Assembly: GCA_951406725.2 (NCBI GenBank)
Contig: OX597829.1
Location: 29,202,001-29,266,000 of the forward strand
Origin: Octopus vulgaris
Taxonomy: Eukaryota
Reading direction: 5' to 3'
DNA length: 64,000 bases
In this document: in pieces, positions 1 through 12,201 of the stretch
How positions within the stretch are numbered: position 1 is the first letter of the stretch
Layout: each line of letters begins with the position of its first letter
Position numbers and translations under genes: made by a program
Notes under the pieces: model-generated
Told to the model about the DNA's origin: nothing
The model's input: the letters and a program-made list of their open reading frames with translations, nothing else
Database searches by the model: none

Positions 1-27
1 TGGTGGTGGTGGTTGTGGTGGTGGTGC

Positions 28-58
<31 letters not shown>

Positions 59-71
59 GGTGGTGGTGGTG

Positions 72-124
<53 letters not shown>
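1..124. repeat. Compound (GGT)n/(AGT)n microsatellite
   Basis: Seen directly. Confidence 0.95.
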
Positions 125-445
125 TATTTATTCAATGTTTTGATGTTTGTTTGTTATTTTCTTTTACCTTTTTTCAATTTTCTTTAACTCCTTTCTTTGA
201 CTTGCAACATTTTGTATAAAAGAAAGTACAGGTAAGGCGTGAGTTTATAACCTTGAAACAACTACAAAAGGTAAAAAAAAGGGGTGGGGTGGAAAAGTGT
301 GTGTGGTGGGTGGGCAGGGGTATAATGGATGTGTTTACTGGGTTAAGTGGGGAAGGGGTAAGTGAGCAAGTGAGTGAACAGTAGTAGTAAGTCTGTGAGT
401 AAGATGGGTGGGTGTGAGAAATAAGAAGGGTGGAGTGTGGGACTC

Positions 446-502
<57 letters not shown>

Positions 503-1169
503 CCAGTTATGAGAGAGAAGAATGGAGGAAATTAAGTCATGGAAGAGGTTGGAAAAAAAAAGAAAAACAAAGAGAATAGAAAGAAAATGGTTATGTTCAG
601 GAAAGGTGGGAGCAAGGGAAGAAGGTGGATGAGTTGGGTGGGGTGAAGAAGAGGATTGGGTGGTGGTGGTGGTGGTGGTGGTGGCTTTATAGGTAAATAC
701 CTCTGAGGTAAAGTGTTCCTTTAGAAATAATAATAAAAAAAAGAGAAAAAGAAGAAAAGAAGGAAAGGATTGGTGAGAGAGAAACAAATAAACAAATAGA
801 CACAACAAAGAGAATGAAACAGAAAGAAAGAAAAGGAGCAGAAGAAAGAAAGGAAAAAGGAAATTTAAAATAAAAACAGAAAAAATAAGAAAGGAAGGGA
901 AAAAGAAGTAACCAATTACATTTTTATCAAAGATTACAGAAAAAGAATCAAGAATGTTTTAAAGAAATGGTCTCAACTTAACCAAAGAAAAAAAAAAAGC
1001 TGCTTTCTTTGTCATAGACTTTTGTTTTTGTAGCCGTCTAGACCCAAGTCATGAAAATAGGAAAAAGAGATTTTTACAATGTGAGAATTGCTGAAATATA
1101 TCTTAATTAATCGTTATGAAGTTTAGGCTGCATACTGCCCCTAATTAAAGCCAACTCTGAGTGGTGTTT

Positions 1170-1401
1170 TTCTTTTATCTTTTTCTTGTTTCAGTCATTT
1201 GACTGTGGCCATGCTGGGGCAACACCTTGTGAATCTTTTTTAGCCAAACTAATCGACCCTGGTGCTTATTTTCTTTTTAAGCCTGGTACTAATTTTATCA
1301 GTTCCTTTTGCCAAACAGCTAAGCTATGGGGACACAAACACACCATTACCAGTTGTTAAGCAATGATGGGGGACAAACTCTGATGCAAACACACACACGC
1401 C

Positions 1402-1446
<45 letters not shown>

Positions 1447-1608
1447 ATGAGCTTCTTTCAGTTTCTGCCTGCCAAATTCACTCACCAGGCTTTGGTCATT
1501 CCAATGTTATAGTAGAAGACACTTGCCTGGGGTGTCACACAGTGGGACTGAACTGGGAATCACATGGTTGGGAAGCAATCTTCTTACCACACAGCCATGC
1601 CTGCACCT
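1170..1608 (-). mobile_element. SINE family A
   Basis: Reverse-complement homology to 3363-3799. Confidence 0.85.
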
Positions 1609-1648
1609 ATGTTTAATAAACATTTATTTGTATGTCAATATTTCTATA

Positions 1649-2508
1649 CTGGGTGTTTGAGCTAAATTTGACAATTTACATAAAAGGAAAAGAAAACATG
1701 ATATCACATCCAGAAATAAAAGTATTTTTTTTTAAATTGAGAAACAGCAACTATATTATGGATGTGAGATAACAGTTTGCTTAAAGTAACCTCCCTCAGT
1801 TTCCACAACAGCCTCAGATGGCTCCAGAACCTGGCACATGCATTCCTTACTGTGTCTCTCAGAAGATTTTATGAACATCTCCTTGATCTTGGTCACAAGT
1901 TTAGATTTGGTGTTGCAGAGTGGATGGTGAATTTTTTAACTGTGCCCCACATGGAATGACAAGAGTGGGGAATTAGAAGACCAGAAATTGGGGCTGGTGA
2001 AATAGAAATTTTCCAATAACAACCTCTGATTCTTTCTAGAGTTATGGCAAGGAACCAAATCCTGCTACCACACATATGACTTTCTAGCCAGATCCCCTCT
2101 CCAGTCAGGGTTTTTCACCACATAGCTGTCTGAATTGAACCTAAGACCCTGTTCAAAAATCTGGAGCTATGTGATGTCACCGTCACTGGAGACACATCCA
2201 ATGACCTGCTGGCCACAATTTCATAGTCTCCATTGTGGATGTCCATGTCATATCTTACAGCCTTTATGGTTTTCACAGAGCATTGAGCGTCAGTCATGAT
2301 GCTGACTTTGTGATACATGGTGTGAATCATCATAATTACTCTTTCCAGATATTCAGATGACTTCCAATCCTCCATATCAGCAAACATTTTCTCAACTATA
2401 TCTATTATTCTTATGCTCTGCAATCCTGATGACTGATCACCAATATATCAAGTTGCTCCTGTAAAAAGGAGACATAAAGGAAATTATCAAATTTAACCCA
2501 AACACCCT

Positions 2509-2509
<1 letters not shown>
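1649..2509 (-). mobile_element. Internally deleted Tc1/mariner-superfamily DNA transposon
   Basis: ~29 bp imperfect TIRs (ctgggtgtttgagctaaatttgacaattt / aaattatcaaatttaacccaaacaccctg), TA on both sides; minus strand reads YVW*QDLVPCH...FWSSNSP and EAVVETEGGYFK. Confidence 0.88.
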
Positions 2510-2568
<59 letters not shown>

Positions 2569-2849
2569 ACATATATATATGTATGTATACAAACTGTTGG
2601 GGTTTAGCTCACAAGTGGCCTAAACGACTAGGTATGCTTGGTAAGTGCCGTAACAGATTACCAGGGCTCCAAGCTCATAGCCAAGACAGAAGTTATGGAA
2701 CCTTGTAGATTTCCAATATAGCAGATATATAATTGTTAAAGAGGACAACGTTAAGGCAAGACAAACTTAAGGTCATTGGGTGCATCTCCAGTGAGGGTGA
2801 CATCATGTTGCCCCACATCTTTGAACAGGGTCTTAGGTTCATACATTAT

Positions 2850-3130
2850 TATTATTAGAACAAATTTAAAGCCTTACAGCTGTTTCGGGGATATCACAAA
2901 ATATGAGATATTCCATCATCAAAGACAAATAGGGAAAATGTGAAGGGTATAGACTAAGGAAACGATGAAATGAAGGGCTGGAGAAGAGGAATAAAGAAAT
3001 GAAAAAAAAGAATAAGAAAGAAAAATAAAAGTTCACAGTTCAAATTCCTGATAGTGTAGATGGTAGACCTGGGAATTCATATAAGTGACAATACATCATT
3101 CTGTTTGCATAGCAGTTAGACAACAACAAT
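2850..3130 (-). mobile_element. Penelope-like element 3' end / terminal repeat remnant
   Basis: LCKQNDVLSL-like ORF end, pyrimidine-rich spacer, then a minimal hammerhead motif. Confidence 0.6.
2871..2926 (-). ncRNA. Minimal type I hammerhead ribozyme motif (degenerate)
   Basis: GTCT TTGATGA [TGGAATATC..GATATCCCC] GAAA CAGCTG TA AGGC; palindromic stem III; C3 replaced by U. Confidence 0.7.
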
Positions 3131-3362
3131 GCAAACTACAATGTGCCAAAATTATTCAGAACACAGAAAAACAGAACCTATGTTGGTTCCATGGACAACA
3201 TTCGTTCTCAGTCACCTGAGTTACTATCCCAATTATGGTAACCACAAAGTGTTGAATTTACAGCAGAAATCAAAACAATCTAGAACAAGAAGATGGACTT
3301 TATATGATATGCAGTCATTTTTTTACTATATAAATATATATACACACATATATAAAGAAATA

Positions 3363-3799
3363 GGCGTAGGAGTGACTGTGTGGTAAGTAGCTTGCTTACC
3401 AACCACATGGTTCCGGGTTCAGTCCCACTGCATGGCACCTTGGGCAAGTGTCTTCTACTATAGCCTCAGGCCAACCAAAGCCTTGTGAGTGGGTTTGGTA
3501 AATGGAAACTGAAAGAAGCCTGTCGTATATATGTATATATATGTGTGTGTGTGTGTGTGTATATGTATGTTTGTGTGTGTATATGTTTGTGTGTCTGTGT
3601 TTGTCCCCCTAACATCATTTGACAACCGATGGTGGCATGTTTACGTCTCCGTAACTTAGCTGTTCGGCAAAAAAGACCGATAAAATAAGTACTAGGCTTA
3701 CAAAGAATAAGTCCTGAAGTCAATTTAGTCGACTAGAGGTGGTGCTCCAGCATGGCCACAGTCAAATGACTGAAACAAGTAAAAGAGTAAAAGAGTAAA
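3363..3799 (+). mobile_element. tRNA-derived SINE family A, full length
   Basis: A/B-box head (gtgtggtaag ... gggttcagtccc), ggcaccttgggcaagtgtcttc core, internal (TA/TG)n, tail gctccagcatggccacagtc...gaaacaagtaaaagag; more than 10 copies in window. Confidence 0.9.
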
Positions 3800-4178
3800 T
3801 ATATATACACACATATATAAATTATTTCCTGGGACACAACTTTTAGCTATATTGTGATTGTTCCCCTGGATTTCTCCTATTAATTGTAAACTCTACATAC
3901 ATACATACATATAAACAGAAGACTGAAAAAATTTTGGCATTATTTATTCTCCATTAGATATGTTTTATTATTTAATAGGAGTTACAGAAGTACACATGTA
4001 CAAAAACATGTAAGACATCTCCCGTTGATAATTCTTCAGACATCGAATTTATATATATATATATATAAATTTTTTTCGTAATGAGATAAAAAAGTAAGGG
4101 TGAGTAGATTTTAGAACATTTATAGAAACTGTCCAATCCATGCCAGCATGGACAATGGGCATTAAATGATGATGATGA

Positions 4179-4215
<37 letters not shown>

Positions 4216-4227
4216 GGGCGTTAAATA

Positions 4228-4285
4228 ATGATGATGATGATAATGTTGATGATATATATATCATCAACATTATCATCATCATCAT
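4228..4285. repeat. Perfect 58 bp spacerless palindrome
   Basis: atgatgatgatgataatgttgatgatata|tatatcatcaacattatcatcatcatcat. Confidence 0.9.
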
Positions 4286-4603
4286 CATCATCATCATCAT
4301 TATCATCATTTAACGCCCATTGTCCATACTGGCATAAGTTGGACGGTTTCACCAGACCTGGCAAGATGAGGGGCTGCAAGAGACTCTACTCTGATTTGGC
4401 ATGGTCTCTATGGCTGGATGCCCTTCCTAACACCAACCTCTTTACAAAGTGTGCTGGGTGCTTTTACATGGTACTGCACAGGCACTTTTACAAGGCATCA
4501 CATGGATGTTTTTATGTGGAACCACATGGGTGCTTTTGCATGGTACCATTACAAGTGTTTTTCACCACCAGAGGGACTGGTCTTAATGTTTCTGCTGTTG
4601 AGT

Positions 4604-5096
4604 ATGTAATTGACCAGCCTCTTCAAAACTTTATTCTATCATTAGTTTCAGCCAAAGGCTGTAGCCATGTAGGGGCATTGTCATTGGCACTTATCATACC
4701 TTTGGGATTGAAAGCTATACTTATTGCTAGTCTGGACGCCACTGCATACTACCAAATATTCCACCAACTTCATCCAGAGTAAGAATCCAATACTGTAACA
4801 ACTTAGGGTTCAACAGCCCACAACTTTTCAATACCTTGCCAAAAAGCTTTACAAATTTACGAGTGGGGTTGTGTTTAAAAAACAATTAGTAAAGTTTTTA
4901 TCTGACATACCTGATGAACCCACATCATGACACAAAACAAACTTACTATTTAACCAGGATTGATTCCAGAAACAGACCCAGGACATGAGTCTAAAATAAA
5001 CAAGCATAAGTGCCAATGACAATGCTCCAGCATGGCTACAGTCTTTGGCTGAAACCAATGATAGAATAAAGTTTTGAAGTGACTCGTCAATTACAT
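4604..5096. repeat. 91 bp inverted repeat (4604-4694 / 5006-5096)
   Basis: Arms align ungapped with about 8 mismatches. Confidence 0.9.
4700..5070 (+). mobile_element. 3' end of a CR1/L2-group LINE
   Basis: GRHCILP...GFNSPQLFNTLPK...FKKQLVKFLSDIPDEP, then tail gctccagcatggctacagtc...gctgaaac. Confidence 0.7.
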
Positions 5097-5721
5097 TGGT
5101 CCTCAGAGCACGATCCAAAATGATGAGAGGTGGAATTATTTGAACTCAAAACGTAAAGAACTGAAAGAAATGCCACTAAGCATTTTGACCGATGTGCTAA
5201 CAATCTTGCCAGTGCACCGCCTTAGAATAATAGACAACTATGAGTTCATGAGAGAAAGTGAAAATTATTCCTAAATAATGCAAGGGAGAGGACTCTTGAA
5301 ATTTCAGCAGACCAAAAATTAAAAATTACTATAGCTACCAAAAATCAAATTTACCACCTCAACCTCATTCAATATAGTTAAATGAAATTTTACTCCCATG
5401 TCTTTTGGGGGGGATTTTGGTGGTTGGTAGGCATTGGGGGTGGAAACAATTTTTATTAATTCTAATTACCTATTTTCTCATTACAATTATAAATTTCAAC
5501 TAAGAATAAAAAATTATATTTGGTTCATCACCAGCATTTAAATATGCTTACCATGCAGAAACATCCATGGGAATATTTTCCAATATCAATTTGCCTAGCC
5601 AGTGAGCTATTTCCATACAAAAACAAATTTATGACCTTGGATGTGATATGCTTTTCAGGGATGTCTCATAATGCTGAATCATAGGCAGAGATGTCGCCTT
5701 GGTGACCAAAGTTCAGACTTA

Positions 5722-5946
5722 ATACCTATTTCTTTACTACCCACAAGGGGCTAAACACAGAGGGGACAGACATAGGTATTAATTCGATTACATCGACTCC
5801 AGTGCATAACTGATACTTAATTTATCGACTCTGAAAGGATGAAAGGCAAAGTCGACTTCGACGGAATTTGAACTCGCAACGTAACGCAGACGAAATACCG
5901 CTAAGCATTTCTCTCGGCATGCTAACGATTCTGCCAGCTCGCCGCC
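5722..5946 (-). mobile_element. SINE family B
   Basis: Reverse-complement homology to 46887-47102; 5' fragment also at ~5130-5222. Confidence 0.88.
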
Positions 5947-6169
5947 ACACACACGTACATGCACGCAAGTTACACACTCATCATGTCTTAATTTTATGTT
6001 TGAGCAACTAAAATTTATTGAGTTCCCTCCCTTAGCAGTTCTTCCCTGTGAAAAGAAATTTTCATTGAAGCTTATTCAATTTCTTTTCCTTTGCAGTTTA
6101 TCATTTCAATGGATTAAAAAATATTTCTGATTAACCTCATTAAGTATAGTAACTTGCATATCTTTTTTT

Positions 6170-6525
6170 TATCTTCTACTTCTTTCACTCATTAGACTGC
6201 TCTTTGAAGGATTTTAGTTGAAATCATTTTTTTTTTCTCTTAAGATGTGGTACTTACTCTATCAGTTTGTTTTGCCAAAGTGCCAAGATACGAGGACATC
6301 AACACAGCAACACCAGTTGTAAAGTAGTGATGATGATAAACACAGGCAAATACACACATATATATATATCTGACAGGCTTCTTTCAGTTTCCATCTACCA
6401 GATCCACTCACAAGACTTGGTTAGGCCCAAGGCTATAGTAAAAGACACTTGCTGAAAGTGACATGCAGTGGGACTGAACCCAGAACCATATTGTTGGGAA
6501 GCAAGCTTCTTACTACACAGACACG
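6170..6525 (-). mobile_element. SINE family A, diverged
   Basis: Homology to 3363-3799; a plus-strand 3' fragment lies at ~6770-6906. Confidence 0.8.
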
Positions 6526-7153
6526 CCAGAGTGGAAGCAATATTATCGGTAATGGCACGAAATTGCACTTGACCCCTGGCCAATAACTAATGAGGAGTTG
6601 GTAACATTTTGTGTTTGTTTTTCTGTTTGTCTGTGCATTTAGTATATGTTTTTCATCTTGACCTTCTGTGTCTTTTTTCCAACCGTTTGTTTATTACTAT
6701 ATGTGTTTGAGTTCTGAAAAAAATATATATATATATATTTCTTGATGTTACTTTGTCAATAGGCACAGTAGCAGTTCAGCAAAAGAGATCAATAGAATAA
6801 GTACTAGGCTTACAAAGAATAAATCCTGGGGTCAATTTGTTCAACTAAAGATGGTGCTCCAGCATGGCCACAGTCAAATGACTGAGACAAATAAAAGAAT
6901 AAAAAGATATATATATATATATATATAAGAAATATTGAATTTCTAAATCTCTCATAGAGACATGTACGGTGGTGGGGCGATAGAATGGTTGCATACTGTC
7001 AATCTAACAAGAATGTGACAGTAGGGGGTATACCACCGTTGTATAGCCCTAGGAGGCATCGAACGCCTCCTGACAGCTTCAACACATTTTTTCCCTGTGT
7101 CCTTATATACATATACGAAGGGGAGACAAACACCCCCAACCGCCGGAACTGCA

Positions 7154-7199
7154 TCTAGGGACACCGTGTTTCAGGATCATTGTCCTTCATCGGCCTAGA
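7154..7199 (-). ncRNA. Minimal type I hammerhead ribozyme motif
   Basis: TCTAGG CCGATGA AGGA-CAATGA-TCCT GAAA CA-CGG-TG TC CCTAGA; three stems pair, GUC cleavage triplet, U4 replaced by C. Confidence 0.8.
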
Positions 7200-7572
7200 G
7201 TTTACATATATACAGATACGAAGTCCAGGCAAATATCACCAGCCGACCGGTGTCTGCTACTCTGTTTGTCCTGTGCTGTCCCCATATCTATGTTTGATCC
7301 GTAGAGATCTTAATAAAGATTTAATTGTCAACCAGTGATTGTCACTCTTCTGTGTTTACTTCTGCTTTGCTTTGTGAGTAACCAGTCAATTATTGTTAAT
7401 GTTTTCTTGTTAATTGTTGCATTGTTGAGAATTGAACTTTGAACGCTGCTTTAACAGTAATTTCACCCTGTGGTGCAGAAAATTGCTTCTGTTTTGCTCC
7501 CATTGTGGAGAAAAATAATTTTTGAATTGTTTTGTGTTCCCGTTAGAGGAATTAATTTTGCTTTTGTGTAAA

Positions 7573-8936
7573 ATGTCACAAGGCCATCTTGAAAATATAG
7601 AAGAAATGACAGAAAGGTTAGACTTCCTTCTCACTGAAATGGACTTCCCACAACTACTAGAAGGAAATATACAAGGTGAATAAGGAAAAACAAAGGAAAA
7701 TAATCTCTCGGCCACTGTAGCCAGAAAATTTAATGAAGAAGGAAACCAACAAGTTAAACAAGAGAAAACAAAAAGAAATAGCTTCTCAGCCGCCATAGGC
7801 GGAAAATTTCAGGAAATCAAAGTCACCAAAGAACAATTATTTAAGTATAGAAATATGGTGAAAAAAGCTGGGAATGAAACAAAATTAATACCACGAAAGG
7901 AAATAATACAGAGTTTGGCAGAGAAAACTGTTGTATATAAGATATACAACAGAAATGAGAAAAGGATAATGTCCATGAAAAATGACATTATCAAAAGATG
8001 CCTCGCCCCCATATGGGAAAAAATAAAATACATAGGACACAGTCCTAGAATGGTGACAGTGGAGGCACAATTCAAAAGTGCCAACATTGCAAAAGAAATC
8101 TCAACAGAGACATTGAGAACAGAACACGTAATGCTGTTACCGACATACCTAGGCCGGAGAACTGCAAAATTGTTGGTTCAAGCATCAAACAAAACATTAG
8201 AAACGAGGCCCGATAGAATATTTATAGGAGAGGGACTTAGTGCAAGTGTCGGAAGAGGGGCGTTGACCCAGATGCTTCAAATGTGGAGAAAAGGGTCATG
8301 TCCGCACCGAGTGTGAAAAAGTAAAAAAACAGGCACAAAAAACAACTGAAGTCCCTCCCCAACAATACCAACAAGAGGAAAAACGACAGAAGAAGAAGAA
8401 TAAGGAAAAGGAAACAGGAAAAATACAAGAAACAAGGAAAGAACAAGAAGAAGCGGAAGGAAAACAAAACACAGATTACACATTGGTAACTAACAACAAA
8501 AAAAGAAAAAACACCCCCGCCCTGGACTCCCCTCCGCCAAACAGATAAAAAGAAAAAACAACGCAGAACACAAACAAAAAAACAGCCCCATCCACCTCCA
8601 AACCAAACCCTCCACAAGGATAAAAAAATAGTTGCATATAATACGAATAACATAGTGGTACAAACATTAATACAAGAGAAAAAGTATGCAATGTGGGGAC
8701 CGATAGAAGGTAAACCGCCACATTTATGGATGGCAAGAGTAAGCCTTAATGACTTTAAAAGTTTTAAAAAAAGATGTCCGAAAGATATTTTAGATGTAAG
8801 TGAGAGCATAGGAAAAGAAAAAAATTGTGCTGAGACCAGTGACTGCACCAGAAGGGGTGGGGAAAGGACAATTATGGACGGTACCTCCCCAAGATTAAAA
8901 AGTAAGTACATTTTAAACTTTTACCATGGACATTAA
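7573..8936 (+). pseudogene. L1/Tx1 ORF1 (gag-like), disrupted
   Basis: ATG at 7573 in frame with ORF 7855, in-frame TAA at 7681; zinc knuckle CFKCGEKGHVRTEC (CX2CX4HX4C) at 8273-8314 followed by a K/E/P-rich tract. Confidence 0.8.
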
Positions 8937-11900
8937 ATTAGGGTGTGTAAATGCCCGTGGCCTGGAATCGAAATGGAAGCAAACATGCCTCCTAGACGAT
9001 CTCAGGTTGCAAAAATTAGACATATGTGTTGTGACTGAGTCCAAGGTGAACAGAACACAGGCGTTCTCGTCTTTTCTAAATGACTACAAAAACTTTATCT
9101 GTCCTAGTCAGGAGGAAGCAGGGGCATAGTGATGCTGTTCAAGAAACGCTTGGACGTACAGATAAGTACAATCTTTCTAGACCCAGAATGTAGGCTGGTC
9201 GTCGTAGATGCAATGCACGTGAGTATGCAGTCCTTCAGGTTGGTGGCAATCTATGCTCCAAAAGAGAATAGACAAACGGTTTTTTTTCGAGACCTGGAGA
9301 ACTTTCTAGTGACATCGAAAACTGTAGTTTTAACAGGAAACTTCAACACTCTTCTCGATGTGCAAGTGGATAATGTAGGCTCAAACAATAGAAAAGGAAG
9401 TCCTGGCCTAAAAAGGCTACTGGCAAACTATAACCTAGCAGACCGGTACAGACTTGACGAACCGCTCGTTCCACAGTGGACATGGTCTAATAACAACGGT
9501 TCGCTCAGGTCTTACTTAGATAGGATAATTATAAGAAATAGGGATAAACATATAGTTAGTTGTCCACATTTTTACTGTACCTCCGACACAGATCACAAAT
9601 TCGTGATGTGTGAGATACACCTGGCTAAGTGCCATAGACAGGAACTAGGATATTGGAAGATGAACAAGTCTATTTTGACTAGTAAAGTCTTCCGTACCCG
9701 GGTTAAGGAGTTAGTTCAGAGGGCATTATGCAAAGCCATCGTGAATAATAGATGGTGGCTGTGCCCTCAAGCGAACCATTCGTTCAGAGTCTCTTAGATT
9801 TAGTAGAGAGCTAAGTTTAGAGAAGACTAGAAAAGAGGGACAGTTAATTAAGGAACTAGAGGAAGCCATGGCATCCGGCTCAGCATCCAGAGTATTGGTG
9901 GCGAGAATGGTATTACACCGTCATCTCCAAGCCAAACAGGAAGGGGGCAGAGTCAGGGCTAAGCTATGTGCAGTGGGTAGAGAAGGTATTAATGTTGCCA
10001 GATGGGCCTGTCATGTGGAGAGTTGGAGAGGCAGAGAAGGCTCTGTACAGTCTTTAATTGATGAACAGGGGCATACAATCAAAGGACAAGAGGAGATGCA
10101 GAAGGCCTTTCACCAGCATTTCGCCCAGCTGTTTGAGACAAGCGAGGTGTTTGATCATGGGGAGCCCTTAAGGGAATTCCTGGCCAACGGGCAGTGACTC
10201 TCAGGATGCAAGGTGTTGTGAAGGGCCAATTACAGCCACAGCAGTCAAGGAGGTGCTGGCCGAATGCATCCGGGACAAGTCGCCGGGGTTGGATGGTCTG
10301 CACTATGAGTTTTACAGTAGTATGCCAGACTTGTTTGGACACTTGCTGGCTTGCATATACATGAACTAGCAACAGAATGGGAGAATTCCCAGCTCTGTAA
10401 GATGGGGAGTAGTGATGCTAGTCAGAAAAGACCCAAGCAAGGGGTATCATATTAGTAACTTCAGGCCCATAACTCTACTAAATGTAGAGTTAAAGATTTT
10501 GGCCAAGGTATTAGCATAAAGGTTGATGCGTGTCACGGAGAAACTTGTAGGGGAGGCGCAAACATGTGCCATTCCTGGCAAGTCAATCCAGGATAATCTT
10601 CATCTCTTACGCTACACCTTAGACAGGGTGGGTAAAGTATCTGGTAAAGGTGGGGCTCTGGTCCATTTAGACCAAAGTAAGGCTTATGATAGGGTTGACC
10701 ATCAGTACCTGGAGGCAGTTCTTGAGGCGGCTGGGCTAGGCCCAGATTTCCCTGATTGGATCAAGGCCATGTATGGTGGCATCAAATCCACAGTTCAATT
10801 GAATGGCTACCTGTCGGAACCATTCGAGGTCAAACGTTCAGTTCGTCATGGATGTCCCCTGTCTTCGCTTCTGTATGTGCTGACTCTCGAGCCATTACTG
10901 CTGAAGTTGGAGAATTTGGGAAGCATCCCTATTGAAATCAGATGTGGTAAGAGTGTCTTTGCATATGCGGATGATGTTACCATCACCATATCCAAGATGA
11001 CTCAGCTACTTCGTGTGTTGGAGGCAATCAGAAGATACAAGGCAGTGGCAGGAGCAAAAGTTAACAAGAATAAGTCCATCGGATTGCGGCTCAGTACCTG
11101 GAGTAGCAAGTCAATAACATCCAGTATCGTAGGTCAGATGGTCCTGTTAAGTTGCTTGGAGTTTGGTTTGGTCTGGACTCCCAGACGGAGAAGAATTTGG
11201 GTGAGGTGATGGACAAGATAGAAGCGCTAACCTGGACCTTCCATGAAAGGAAGGGCAGAGGTGATGCAGATGTTTACTGTGTCTGTTATCACCTACCATC
11301 AGACCATCGTCCCTTGCCCCAATTCGTGACTATGCAAGCTGGTGTGAATTCTCTTCCGCTTTTTGTGAAAGGGAAAACCGCTTGTGAGGCGCTCCGTGCG
11401 CTGTCAAGAACTGCTAAAGGGTGGCTTAGCAATGCCTTGGTTATTGATGTGCAAACATGCACTGAGACTAAGGCATCTCTGGCTGTACCTGGATGGTGGT
11501 CAGGTGTGGAATTCGCTCGTGGAGGAACTCTTTCCAAGACCATCCTCCCTTGAGGAATTTACACCCGGTTTGATTAAAAGACAAAAAACAACTGAAACGC
11601 AAAAAGGAATGCCAGCGGGCACTTGTGCTATTTCACAAGGCAGGTAAGGCCAGCAGCAAGAATACCGCCACTACATTTTATAAAGGGTTGGTAGAGTACA
11701 AAAGTGACATCGTACTAGGAGAGACTTTAGGACTCAATGAGAACCAGCTATTCCAAACTGTTTTGGAACACTTTCAGGGCAGGTTATTTGAATAATTACC
11801 AAAGATCCCTGACCTAGCAGTGTTTTAGGAATGCATTACCTGTTCATGACAAATTGCCCAGGCACAGATTGTCAGTGCCACCAGAATGTCCAAGGTGTAA

Positions 11901-12201
11901 ACATTAGAAGGAAACTATCCTGCATGCCCTTGTACAATGTACCCAACTTTCGGAGTTGATAATTTACATAGAACACATGCTGTCACACCTAGGAAGAGTA
12001 CAGCTATCAGCTGAGTCTGTGATTAAGAATGTACTGCCCTCCGGATTATCCAAAGAAGGTGAGGCTTGTTTTCTATGCACAGTCACAGTAATGAAAGAGT
12101 GTGCATGGAGAACTAGAATGCAAGGGATCCTGACAGGAGCCTTTATCTCTGGCAATGGAATGCTGCTATACTTCAGGTATCACTTGAAAAGCAAGATAAA
12201 G
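8926..12201 (+). pseudogene. L1/Tx1 ORF2 (AP endonuclease + reverse transcriptase + zinc-binding tail), disrupted
   Basis: CVNARGL, TES, GNFN, YLDRI, TDHK (APE); NFRPITLLN, LDQSKAYDRVDH, RHGCPLS, AYADD (RT); CPRC...ETILHALVQC. Confidence 0.9.

Larger units (their letters stand above)
7330..12201 (+). mobile_element. Decayed L1/Tx1-clade non-LTR retrotransposon (ORF1 + ORF2), extreme 3' end missing
   Basis: ORF1 with CCHC knuckle; ORF2 with APE, RT and C-terminal zinc motif; many stops and frameshifts; 5' boundary approximate. Confidence 0.9.

Noticed and set aside
335-808. 157 aa ORF and the many YIYI/THTH/CVCV/ERER ORFs (for example 15535-16103, 29053-29416, 34641-35230)
   Set aside because: Translations of microsatellites and purine-rich low-complexity DNA; no domain or splice support.
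2595-2817. Possible solo LTR (TG...CA with tgttgggg / ccccaca ends)
   Set aside because: No matching target-site duplication and no second copy in the window; cannot be supported.
3363-3435. tRNA genes at SINE heads
   Set aside because: A/B boxes are present but no full cloverleaf was found, and the sequence continues into SINE bodies.
7410-8911. Minus-strand F/L-rich ORFs over L1 ORF1
   Set aside because: Antisense of A-rich L1 coding sequence.
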